A stretch of DNA of 64,000 nucleotides from Eledone cirrhosa (lineage: Eukaryota): assembly GCA_964016885.1 (NCBI GenBank), contig OZ024742.1:110732001-110796000 (forward strand), in the 5' to 3' direction. Numbering within the stretch: position 1 is the stretch's first letter; every line of letters starts with the position of its first letter. Shown here one piece after another: positions 1-12,184 of the stretch. The notes below the pieces were generated by a model. It did no database searches and was not told where the DNA came from. It saw only the letters and a list, made by a program, of their open reading frames with translations. The translations under genes were made by a program, and so were the position numbers.

Positions 1-449
1 ACATCCATCCCCACATACTCTACACGCCAAGGCCAACCCATCACCACCACACCACAGCCCACCTCATCCACAGACCGTCACCAACATCTCACCATCAAAC
101 CCAACCCATATACACTACAGGCCAGTACATCGCCTTGATCCTTCTAACCAATCAAAACATCTCATTTTGTCAAACTCTTGAAACTCTGACTTTACCACAT
201 AGCATGTATTTCATTTTCTTATAGCATTTTAAGAGGGTCCGTCGAGCTGCCGATTATTGAGTCGGGTAGGATCGATATAGATCGAACCTTGAGCTGATCA
301 GTGGCGAATCGCGCGTCACCTATCAATAAATGCAATGAAGGAATAATCAATCGTCCTTTTTATCCTTTCTATATTTTACACTCTGTATAGCTCGAAACAT
401 CGAGTGCTCACCCGAGTGAACCTGCAGTAACTCCTAGTTACACCCCTGG
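1..449 (+). mobile_element. Probable 3' end (pLTR/tail) of a Penelope-like element, truncated by the window edge
   Basis: C/A-rich UTR-like tract, decayed HHR-like 3' half (GAAT-CGCGCG-TC at ~306-317) followed by AATAAA, terminal stem-loop GTAACT-CCT-AGTTAC, then (TA)n. Same layout as better-supported PLE ends in the window. Confidence 0.35.
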
Positions 450-669
450 ATATATATATATATGTATGTATATATGGATGTGTGAAGGTGGGAACCATCA
501 TCAGTGTCGTAATTGAACACATTGAATTTCTTCCTTATTCTCTTTCTTTCTATCTCCTTAATGACCAGCAGCAACTAAAACCTCACTATTGCTCTAGATA
601 TTAAACCACTCAATCAACCAGATTAAACCTTTTAAGAAGGCTCCATTAATATCCGTTTCTTCCAGATCT

Positions 670-790
<121 letters not shown>

Positions 791-813
791 ATATATATAT
801 ATATATATGTAAA

Positions 814-1016
814 AGGAAAATGTTCAAGACCCCGACGGCTGAGCTCAAGCCGTTTCGATGGCTATTTCTACACGAAATAGCCGGCGAAATAGCTTGAGCT
901 CTGCCGTCGGGGTCTTGAACATTTTCCTATTACCCACTCTACTACCCTAAGCATTGAGTACTCTGGTGCGTTATGGTCCATGTGGTTCCTTACCACACTT
1001 CCTTCGTTATATCTAT
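814..1016. mobile_element. Mini fold-back PLE-type insertion (hairpin 814-928 plus right-hand tail)
   Basis: Imperfect palindrome AGGAAAATGTTCAAGACCCCGACGG...CCGTCGGGGTCTTGAACATTTTCCT between TA repeats. Contains the HHR 3' half GAAAC-GGCT..AGCC-GTC and is homologous to the element at 12185-12653. Confidence 0.7.
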
Positions 1017-1197
1017 ATGTATTTGTATTTTTATGTAATGTATATATATATATATATATACATATATATGTAGGAGGTGAGTTTTATTGTAGTACAATAA
1101 AGCAATGCAGATATCGGATAAGAAGCACTCTACAGTTTGTAGGACTGGAGTATACATAATATATAAGAACAAAAGATGGTTAAAGGAGTTCCATGTA

Positions 1198-1263
1198 TTT
1201 TATTATGCGCATTTCAAAAACAAATATCATCATCAATAATATTTGTGTTTTCATCAGATAAAA
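1198..1263 (-). ncRNA. Type I hammerhead ribozyme (minimal, palindromic loop 3)
   Basis: Minus strand TTTTAT-CTGATGA-[stem II]-GAAA-T-GCGC-A-TA-ATAAAA; stem I TTTTAT/ATAAAA. The mirror copy at 2840-2906 has G12 mutated. Confidence 0.85.
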
Positions 1264-1482
1264 CAGGAGGACATGATATGAAGGTTAAAAAACACTTGTG
1301 AATAGTTCAGTTTTAAATCAACATATGAGAAGTAGTTTTAGAGTTGTGTTTAGATTATTGATGTGTGCTATTGGGAAAAATATTTTATTTAGGGGGGGGG
1401 GGATGAAAAAAAAGAAGGAGATGAGAGTGAAGGTGGAGAGGAAGGTGGAGAGTGAAGGTGGAGAATGAATTGGTGTCAGTTA

Positions 1483-1832
1483 TAACTGACACCAATTCCT
1501 TCACCTATTTTGGCTCCACTTCCACCTCTTTTAAAGCTCGTCTTTATAACCATAATTCGTCTTTTAAATACAAACTTAAAAGAACCAACACGGCTCTCTC
1601 AGAACTCATATGGTCCTTGAAAGACAAAAACATTAAATATAGCATCTTTTGGAAGAAGGTTTCTTCTGCGTCACCATACTTGAACAGTTCTCTATCTAAA
1701 ATCTGCAATCTCTGTCTAAATGAAAAATTTACCATTATCTCTAATCTAGATTCTATAATAAATAGACGCACTGACTTGTTTTCTATCTGCTTGCATAAAT
1801 TCCATAAAACATTTCACAAAGTATACAGCTAA
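1483..1832 (+). pseudogene. PLE GIY-YIG endonuclease C-terminal fragment
   Basis: YFGSTSTSFKARLYNH...TALSELIWSLK...ASPY...CNLCLNEK...INRRTDLFSICLH; same motif series as the PLE at 25052-27964. Confidence 0.88.
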
Positions 1833-2949
1833 TATTCAATTCTTTATCAATTTAGAATCTTTTTCTCAAAGGCACATATATATACACTTCTTTTAAAAAT
1901 ATACCCATCTTTCTACCTTATTTCAAAGGTTATTATACATTCTATAATACTTGTTTACTCATTACTCTTACTCTATATCACCTTGTAAAAATCCTTCGTA
2001 AACATATACATTTATTTTTGACGCTAGATTATTCATCCTCAATTCATTATCTTTTCTCCCTATCATCTAACTCATTATTCTCAATACATATTAATATTTT
2101 CTTTTTCTTCGCACATATTATCAAATCCTTCAATATACAAGCCTTAACTTTACATTATTTTTCTTAAATCCTTCAATATACAAACCTTAACTTTACATTA
2201 TTTTTCTCTTCGTTAATTTTCAAATTCTATAATACTTGTTTACTCTTTCTACATCACCCATATTTATCACTTCCTTTTCTTCTCTTCTAATATCTAACCC
2301 CTAATCTGTACCTTTTCTCACTCTTGCCTAACATAGAATCAATTATTACATAATACAACACATTCTTACTCTATATCACCTTGTAAAAATCCTTCGTAAA
2401 CATATACATTTTTTTTTACGTTAGAATATTCATCCTCAATTCATTATACTTTTCTCCCTATCATCTAACTCATTATTCTCAATACATATTAACTCCTTCT
2501 TTTTCTTCGCACATATTTTTCTCTTCGTTAATTTTCAAATTCTTTTAATTTATACATTATCTTCCAACGGTTTTCAACCTCTCTATGTAAAACAATATAT
2601 CTTTCTCAGTTATAAAAACTATCTCTCTCTCTCTATCACCCATCTCTCCTCCTATCTCATCCTTCCTCACTATACTCCTCCCTCTCCACCTTCACTCTCA
2701 TCTCCTTCTTTTTTTCACCCCCCCCTCTAAATAAAATATTTTTCCCAATATCACACATCAATCTAAAACTACTTCTCACATGTTGATTTAAAACTGAACT
2801 ATCCACAAGTGTTTTTAACCTTCATATCATCTCCTCCTGTTTTATCTGATGAAAACACAAATATTATTGCATGATAATATTTGTTTTTAAAATGCGCATA
2901 ATAAAATACATGGAACTCCTTTAACCATCTTTTGTTCTTATATATATAC

Positions 2950-2980
<31 letters not shown>

Positions 2981-3262
2981 CATATTTTTCTTTCTCTCAA
3001 TAATGATATCTGCTACATTCTATACTCCCACAGAAAACATATATCTTCAATTTTATATCTAAACTTTCAACTAATTTAAAGAGATATATATTTTTTTCCT
3101 TTCTCCTTCGTATCGATTTTTTGTTCATTTTATTAGACTATTTTGCCTTTTACACCGAATATACTATTATACTAATACACTAATGTACTTTTAGACATTA
3201 GTGTACCCTATACAATAACGTACATTTATAGTGTGCGTTTATGTCATTGCTTATACACATAG

Positions 3263-3357
<95 letters not shown>

Positions 3358-3380
3358 TATATATAAATATATAAATATAA

Positions 3381-4059
3381 ATGGAAAAAACGAAATTTCA
3401 TTTCTCACTCATAGTACGGCTGATACTTAAATATAAGTATGTATACGTACATACATATATGTATACAGACGTACAGTAGTATGTATATACATACATACAT
3501 GCACACATATATATATGTACGTTGGGTTTACCGAACATTTATTATAATGTTCGGTTTGTTTGTAAACAAACAGCCCGAATTAAGCCGTACAGTGTTCAGC
3601 AACCATCGTTGCCCTTTTGTTCAACACTGACAAAGAAACGATGAACTAGTTTCTAGCTTATTAGCTGTCATCAGCACCGTATACCTTCCTCTCAATCGAT
3701 TGAACATTTTAAAGTATATTCTTTACTTATGCATATTAACGGCTGAGCAGCCTAATTTGCATATCGAGTGAGTTATTCGGCCGGGCGTACCGAAAACGAT
3801 AGATGGAAAAAATGAAATTTCATTTCTCACTCTTAGTTCGGCTGAAACTTAAATATGTCAGTGTTGAACAAAAGGGCAACGATGTTTGCCGGACACTGTA
3901 TGGCTTAATTCGGGCTGTTTGTTTACAAACAAACCGAACATTATAATAAATGTTCGGTAAACCCATACGTACATATATATATGTGTGCATGTATGTATGT
4001 ATACACATACTACTGTACGTCTGTATACATATATGAATATACGTATATATACTTATATT
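3381..4059 (-). mobile_element. Retrozyme-like non-coding HHR element, family R1 copy a (422-bp unit, 54-bp direct redundancy, inverted arm)
   Basis: Direct repeats 3381-3434 and 3803-3856. 3857-4059 is an inverted copy of 3430-3632. HHR at 3638-3680, no ORF, TA-rich flanks, second copy at 8562-8997. Confidence 0.8.
3638..3680 (-). ncRNA. Minimal type I hammerhead ribozyme
   Basis: ACGGTG-CTGATGA-CAGCTAATAAGCTA-GAAA-CTAG-TT-CATCGT; 6-bp stem I and self-complementary ACTAGT stem III. Confidence 0.85.
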
Positions 4060-7000
4060 CATATAAATATATATATGTGTGTATGTGAGTGTGTGTGTGT
4101 GTGTGTGTGTATTGAGAGAGTGGGTGAGAAGAAAAGAGTGAGAGAGATGGAATGAGAGAGGAAGAGAGTGAGAGATAGATAGGATGTGAGTGAATATCTG
4201 CAGTACAACGACCGGTAAGACCACAATTTGTGTAGTACTCGAAACACGGTAGAATATATGTGTGTGTGCATGTGTTTTGGTATGAGGGTGTGTTTGTACG
4301 TGTATATTTGTGTGTAGGTTTAGGTGTGTTGTTGTCAGGGAACAGTTCAATATTTTATGTTTATGTTAATTCAAATATATGCACATTTTACTACTAGAAT
4401 TTTCGATTTATTTTTCTTCATTTCATATTTCACTTAGAAAAATAACATGTATAAACATAGTTTTGTTTGCGCTAAAAATGTCTCAACAAGAATTTGTCAA
4501 TAAGCGCAAATTACAAAATTACTAAATTGCAAAATAATTTAATAAACCAAATCTTTGATAGATTATTTCGAGACTTGGTGTATTTAATTATGAAATTAAA
4601 TGAATGTAAGAATTTTAATATGGAAATCCCCATAGATAATTACAATTAAGAAAGAACAACAAACCCTCTGTATAATCTTTTAAAATACCATACGCGTAAT
4701 TGTTAGATGTTACAGAAGGTAATTTATTTACATTATATGACTTTTCTACGATGTAATTGGTATTTACATTAAATTATTTTTAAAACACACCACTCACACA
4801 CACACATACATATTCTGTTTAATGTGCGTCAATAACATCTAATAAAAGAGGGTTTTAGTATATATTAAGTTTGCCTCCGGATGAAGCTATGAATGATTTT
4901 AATATATAAATGCATAAATATAACAGGTAACATTTATTAAAAATGTATTACTATCAACATGGGAAAACAAATTAAAAATAACCACACAAATACATGTATA
5001 TAATATCAATGAGAGTAAAATGAATCTTTGAGTCGCAGAGATTGTAAGTCAGTATTGAAACATTCATCCAATCAGCACACACATATGCACATGCATGCAC
5101 ATATACGCACACATGCTTGTACACACGTATACGTACGTATTTATTCAAGATACGCATACACGCTCATACATGTGTACATGAGATAAATTTAATGTAACTA
5201 TAAATACGCGTTTTGAATTTTAAAACTCTTTGTAAAAGGTGTAAATATATTTTCCACTATCCTCTACCACACAGAAAACATGATTTCTCTTACCCGTTTC
5301 AGGTTGTATAGTCTCCTTATCATAAGATAATAACCCCTGCAGTCCTTCCCACACAGGGGAATTGAGAGTATCACTATTTATCTCAAGTAAAGAGTATCTC
5401 ATAAGAACTGATGCGGAGGTGTCCATCACTACGTCGTACAGCCTACGGAGGCTCTCCGACGTAGTGATGGGCCACCTTCATATCAATTCTCTGTTTATAT
5501 GTTGATGTAACCCGGTAAGGATTACTAAACTAAATCTTTTATGTTCATTACATCTGATGACGTCACTGATTGCCTTGTATCTGGTAGGCTCTATATCACT
5601 TATTTTTAATCTTTTTAATTCTATGAGGCACTGAAGACCACATATAAAATTCCTCGACGAGCTCTTCGTATGGAAATAATAATTATGAACAAATATATTG
5701 CCTAACTTGTTTTATTGATTATGCATGCGCACTACAAGATTATGAATAACACATTTTCAAGACATTCAAACAATAACATATCTTCTTTAACGGATTAAAT
5801 TATATTTCTAAAAATCTGCTGTGTACCTAAATACTACCTAATATACAACAGTGAACAGCGTTGCAACGCTTGAAAACTATCGCTCTGTATGTGTATGGTG
5901 TGTGTTTTAGGGTAGTGTGGCTAACGAGTTTGCATCGATTACACAGCGTGGTGTTTTGAGCGAAATCCAGGTAACATAGCCCTTAGCTGCTGAACGAATT
6001 GTAAGTTCAATTTGATAACTGGAAACAGTAAGGTCATATGTACGTAGATACATATATTTACATTTGGTCGAAAGAAAAAGAAAAAAAACTGCTTTTTCAG
6101 TGAATTTATTTGTGATATTTGTTTTGCATAATATGTCAAACATTTCCCTGTCAGACTTGCAATCAGAAAGGTATTGAAATAGGGATTGAACCGTTCAATA
6201 TATCTAACAACACAACTCTTCTCCAACTGGAATATAAAATAATTATAAACGTATTTGTTGCACTGTGTATTTCTCTTTCTAACACCCTTATTCTCTCTTT
6301 CTATATATATTTCAGTGCGTTTATGTCTTGTGTGAACATATTTACTTAGATATGCTGTTATATAATTAAAATTGTTTAAAATATAAATTTTCTAAAGCGT
6401 TTTTCAATTATTATAATACAATCATATTAAATATTACTTATCATGCAATACTCTCTCGCTCGCCTTTGAGTCAAATTCTGGGAGAAATACAGGATATAGC
6501 TTGAAAGCAACATAAATAATTGCATAGAATATGAGAAATATCACCTCATAGACACATACACAAGGTTGGGTTTATATTTAGTTAGGCCAACGAAGTTCGT
6601 TCTCTGTCATTTTAATCATCTTTTCATCACAAATATGAAGCAATAAACATAATTCCTATGATTATGTCCGCTTACTTTCCATTATTTCATCTCTTCTCTG
6701 CTATTTTTTAATACATTCTTTTGATGTTTCTTGCTCGCTTTCATTCACTAACTCAGTAGCAGTGTCTATTGGTTTCTATGTCTGTTTCTCTCTCTCCCTC
6801 ACTCTATTTTACTATCACCACCTTCCTCCTTTCATCTATTTCGCCACCTCTCTTTCTTTGAAGCAAGAACCAATCTTGTAGCAACATCGACGGAAATATA
6901 AACCCGGTCGTTGCTATCAGACTTGACTTGACATAATGAAGAACCGTTTATGACAGGGGATCAACTTGGCAATTTATTCTCGAAATAGAGATAAATGTCA

Positions 7001-7749
7001 ATGTTTAATTACTTTGTTAGACACAACAACAACATAAACAACAAACGAGATAACCAAAACATATAAAAAATGTCAATAAGTAAAAAGAAAACGAATGTAA
7101 GAAAATGTGAGTTAAGGAAAAATAGAAAATGGAAGAGAGAAATTGTGAAACTCATCATATTAATATGGAGAGAAAAAATAACTTATATTTCTTATTTCCA
7201 TCGCTGGTCGTCGATTTAAATATAATATAGCGTAAGCTGAAGATTATTTCAGAATATATATTGAAGTGGTGGCTCTAAGGAATGTGATATCCGCGAGGAA
7301 GATTTGAGGTTTTCCGTAATGACAGGTTATTATCAGAACTTCAAAGTGCTCAAGCGTAAAAAATGTTTTATATGGAAGAATTATCAGCAGTAACAAAGGA
7401 ACCATAGATAAGGTAGGGGAATGGTGAAAAAAAAAAGTATCGGAGCAGTTTGCCCAGTATATTTGTGTAAGAAAAATATAATTTTGGCAATGGAAAATAA
7501 GACAGATTTGAATAATATTTCAGAAGTTCAGACAATACGTCTGTGTTTTAAAAACATAATAGTCACAATGTTTTAATTATATATAAATAGATAATATATA
7601 CGTAAATATGAACATACACATACATACGTTAATACATACACATACTCACGTATACACACATATATATACTTATATGCATATGCACACACAGATACACAAA
7701 TATAAATATATATATATATATATATATAGGGAGAGAGAAAGAAAAAGAA

Positions 7750-7863
<114 letters not shown>

Positions 7864-7904
7864 TGAGAGAGAGAGGAAGATAAAGACACATAAGCATACA
7901 TACA

Positions 7905-8057
7905 TATGAGAATGCTGGAGGGCACAAACCGACGGAAAGTGTAGAAATGTAATACGCACTCAACTTTTGATTGATGTAAAGTCAATTAACATATGCCATA
8001 TGTAACATTATATATATATACAAGTGTACACACAAAAACACACACACGTGTATCTCA

Positions 8058-8144
<87 letters not shown>

Positions 8145-8483
8145 TTATATATATATAATTATAAAGAAAGTGCTCAAGCGCAGAAATTCTATAAAGATAG
8201 CTTGTAAAATAGGTTGAAGAGCCTTAAAAGACGGAAAAATAGTTGCCATAGGCCGCTATAGGGAATTGAAAACCCATATCTTGCTGATACCGGTATCTGG
8301 AAGATATGAGGTTCAATTCTTGATAGCGGCAGATGGCCATATCTTTCTCCGTATTTTAAGGGTCTTCACTCTACTTTATAAGCTATCTTTATAGTATTTC
8401 TGCACTTGAGCACTTTCTTTATACTTGTATATGTTATATATGTTACATATGGCATATGTTATTTGACTTTACATCAATCAAAA
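7905..8483. mobile_element. Old fold-back insertion (arms 7965-8291 / 8292-8483) with probable left tail; left arm interrupted by a microsatellite block
   Basis: Diverged inverted repeat centred on GATACCGGTATC. 8025-8160 is inserted in the left arm. No convincing HHR found. Confidence 0.65.
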
Positions 8484-8536
8484 AATATATATATTCTCAA
8501 CGCTCCAAAAGCTTAAAATTCGGCTTCGTACATTGT

Positions 8537-8561
<25 letters not shown>

Positions 8562-8567
<6 letters not shown>

Positions 8568-8997
8568 GGAAAAAATTTCATTTCTCACTCTTAGTACGGC
8601 TGTTACTTAAATATAAGTATGTATACGTACATACATATATCTATACAGACGTACAGTAGTATGTATATATATATACATACATGCACACATATATATATAT
8701 ACGTATAGATTCACCGGATATTTATTATAATGTTCGGTGTGTTTGTAAACAAACATCCCGAATTAAGCCGTACAGTGTCTAGCAACCATCGTTGCTCATT
8801 TGTTCAACACTGACAAAGGAACGCTGTACTAGTTTGAAGCTTATTAGCTATCGTCAGCAACGTATACCTTCCTGCCAGATGATTGAACGTCTGAAAGTAT
8901 ATACTTTCCTTATGCATATTAACGGCTGAGCAGCCTAATTTGCATATCGAGTGAGTTAATTGGCCGGGCGCACCGAAAACGATAAACGTAAAAAATT
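8562..8997 (-). mobile_element. Retrozyme-like family R1 copy b (420-bp unit, ~16-bp redundancy)
   Basis: Homologous to 3381-3856. Starts and ends with ATAAACG(G/T)AAAAAATT. HHR at 8821-8863 (ACGTTG-CTGACGA...CAAA-CTAG-TA-CAGCGT, G12 mutated). Confidence 0.8.
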
Positions 8998-9019
8998 GTT
9001 AAAAAATTGCTAATATTAT

Positions 9020-9165
9020 CTATCGGTCGCAACTCCAGGTAGAAGGAGCAACGTGAAATAAAGTGTCTTGCTCAAGGACATAACGCATCGCCTGGTCCAG
9101 CAATCGAACTCAAAACCTCACGATTGCGAATCCAATTCTTTAACCACTCAGCCACACGCCTTCAC
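9020..9165 (-). mobile_element. tRNA-derived SINE (Meta/CORE-like core)
   Basis: Minus strand A box TGGCTGAGTGG, B box GTTCGATT, then GTCCTTGAGCAAGACACTT. Confidence 0.75.
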
Positions 9166-9169
9166 TATA

Positions 9170-9200
<31 letters not shown>

Positions 9201-9225
9201 AATGTGGAGAAGGGGCACACGAGTT

Positions 9226-9273
<48 letters not shown>

Positions 9274-9280
9274 TATATAC

Positions 9281-9355
<75 letters not shown>

Positions 9356-9410
9356 TATATACATATATATATACATATATATATACATATATATATACAT
9401 ATATATATAC

Positions 9411-9461
<51 letters not shown>

Positions 9462-9465
<4 letters not shown>

Positions 9466-10439
9466 AAAATAGGGAGAACAAGACGATTATTAGGAAGAAA
9501 AAGATATATATTTTTTTCTTTTTATTTTTTTCTCTTTTCTCTGGGTTGGAAAATGATTAAAACAAAATATTTTACTTTGTGTGAAGTGTTGAGGTATTAG
9601 TTAATATATTTATTAATTAACAATGGTATTTATTTATATATGCCATAAATATATAAATAAATAAATAAATGCCACTGTTAATTAATAAATAAATTAACTA
9701 ATACCTCAACACTTCACACAAAGTAAAATATTTTGTTTTAAACATTTTCTAACCCAGAAAAAAGAGAAAAAATTAAAAAGGAAAAAAAAAGAATTTTTCT
9801 TCCTCATCATCGTCTTATTGTCCCTATTTTCATATATATATATATACACCCTACCTAATCTTTTTTCTTAAATAAATTAACTATCATCCAGCATGAATTA
9901 CCCCCCCCCCTGCATATTAACTCTCTAAAAAGGGAAATCATATCAAACCCCAGTCCACCATTTGCCTCCATCATGGATCAACTAAGCACTCTTGCTATAT
10001 TAACACATTTTGATCTATGCCTGTAAATAACATTATTTTTTCTTTCACATTGACTTATTATGCTCCATATTACGCACCTTTCTTTCTTTCTTCTCTTTTC
10101 TTTTCCCTTCATAAACCATGTTTGTAAATAACATTATTCTTTCTGCACCATTTCGTTAACATGTCCAACACCACCATTCTACACCAATACATATTATTAT
10201 CGTTTGAAATGCTGAAACCGGTAATAGACAATTCATAAAAATGCTGAAACCGGTAATAGACAATTATTATATATATAAATAAATGCCATTGTTAATTAAT
10301 AAATAAATCAACTAATACCTTAACACTTCATACAAAGTAAAATATTTCGTTTTAATCATTTTCTAACCCAGAAAAAAAGAGAAATAAATAAAAAAGGAAA
10401 AAAAAATGTTTTTCTTCCTAATAATCGTCTTCTCCATGT

Positions 10440-10446
<7 letters not shown>
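9462..10446 (+). mobile_element. Decayed fold-back element with direct redundancy (candidate family R4)
   Basis: Palindrome 9462-9834; the same ~175-bp arm recurs in direct orientation at 10271-10446. Duplicated HHR 3' half GAAAC-CG-GTA at ~10214 and ~10246. (TA)n flanks. Confidence 0.6.
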
Positions 10447-10495
<49 letters not shown>

Positions 10496-10498
<3 letters not shown>

Positions 10499-11676
10499 GA
10501 TAAATCTACCAAGAGTTTACGGTAGTGTCCAATCCGTATGAAGAACTCAATGTAATCCGGATATCATGGAAAGAAGAGATGCATTCAAAAATCACTTTCG
10601 GTGAAAGATAAACGGAATACAGAGTCAAGATAAAGTATTAAAAAAATAATGAATAAAACAATGAAACAGTTCCTTATATTAAACAAAAAAAGTTCATTAT
10701 TTAACGATCGTTTCTAGGACATATATGTGTTAGAATTGGCATGCATATTCAACAGATCTATGTACAAAATTATACAAAATTATACAAACTATCAAATATA
10801 ATATACATACCAACACATACATATGCCGTCTTCAGAAATAATGAAATATATTTATTGATAATAACAACAATTCAAAATTACAGGTCTGTTTGGGAACAGA
10901 GTTCAAATTGACCAATGAAATACACAAAAATATAACAAGAAAATACAGTTAGGTGTGTGTATATATGTAAGTAACTTCGCTCACAGATATGCATAAAAAT
11001 ATATGTTCACATGCATACGCATGCCGAAAAAATGTATGTAAATACAAAAATTCAGGGCTAATGTCTCTGTATGTTTATAATCTACAGATAAAATACACAT
11101 ACGTATATAAACATATATACATTCATATATACACACATATACATACATTCAGTGTGAATGTATGTATATGTGTGTATATATGAATGTATATATGTTTATA
11201 TACGTATGTGTATTTTATCTGTAGATTATAAACATACAGAGACATTAGCCCTGAATTTTTGTATTTACATACATTTTTTCGGCATGCGTATGCATGTGAA
11301 CATATATTTTTATGCATATCTGTGAGCGAAGTTACTTACATATATACACACACCTAACTGTATTTTCTTGATATATTTTTGTGTATTTCATTGGTCAATT
11401 TGAACTCTGTTCCCAAACAGACCTGTAATTTTGAATTGTTGTTATTATCAATAAATATATTTCATTATTTCTGAAGACGGCATATGTATGTGTTGGTATG
11501 TATATTATATTTGATAGTTTGTATAATTTTGTATAATTTTGTACATAGATCTGTTGAATATGCATGCCAATTCTTACACATATATGTCCTAGAAACGATC
11601 GTTAAATAATGAACTTTTTTTGTTTAATATAAGGAACTGTTTCATTGTTTTATTCATTATTTTTTTAATACTTTAT
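10496..11676. mobile_element. Near-perfect palindrome of PLE family A pLTR (522-bp arms, 3-nt loop, 134-nt left tail)
   Basis: Arms 10630-11151 / 11155-11676. Homologous to the 3' ends of the PLEs at 25052-27964 and 60155-62280. (TA)n on both sides. Confidence 0.92.
11461..11613 (+). ncRNA. Type I hammerhead ribozyme with ~115-nt extended stem II
   Basis: TTCATTATTT-CTGAAGA-[long hairpin]-GAAA-C-GATC-G-TT-AAATAATGAA; perfect 10-bp stem I. Mirror copy at 10693-10845. Confidence 0.85.
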
Positions 11677-11697
11677 ATATATATATATATATATATG

Positions 11698-11765
<68 letters not shown>

Positions 11766-12034
11766 ATAAATATATATAAGCATATACATATACATATATA
11801 AATATATATAAATATAAAGACACACACACGCACGCACACACACACACATCCACACATTGCGTTGTAGCTAATCCTAGGGATAAACATATTCACCTCTGAA
11901 TGTGCTCATTCGATATTCAAGATAAATCCGCGCCCATCTGCGAGACGATTCACTACCGTTTCCTTAGTGTCGTAGTGGACTAATATCCAATATCAGGTAG
12001 GGTCTTGGATATTAGTCAACTAATAAAATAGAGA

Positions 12035-12064
12035 GTGAGAGAGAGAGTAAGAGCGAGAGGGGAA

Positions 12065-12143
<79 letters not shown>
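12035..12143. repeat. (GA)n microsatellite
   Basis: Direct inspection. Confidence 0.95.
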
Positions 12144-12147
<4 letters not shown>

Positions 12148-12184
12148 GTGAGAGTAAAAGTTGGAGAAGGTGAGAGAGATATAT

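Larger units (their letters stand above)
1070..2942 (+). mobile_element. 5'-truncated Hydra-clade-like Penelope element with inverted pLTR
   Basis: Inverted ~280-bp arms (1162-1440 vs 2682-2942), GIY-YIG fragment inside, HHR in both arms, (TA)n flanks, internal tandem duplication (~1965-2125 vs ~2365-2520). Confidence 0.9.

Noticed and set aside
5554-5600. CTGATGA motif as a hammerhead
   Set aside because: No matching GAAA, stem III or stem I downstream.
7250-7560. Transposase-like peptide LYGRIISSNKGTIDK
   Set aside because: Similarity too short and decayed to support a call.
9090-9165. tRNA gene
   Set aside because: A/B boxes are followed by a SINE core and no full cloverleaf forms; it is a SINE head.
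10496-11676. Palindromes as sequencing or assembly fold-back artefacts
   Set aside because: Arms differ by substitutions, flanks are not mirrored, and the same family-specific tail asymmetry recurs at independent loci. Long-read confirmation is still advisable.
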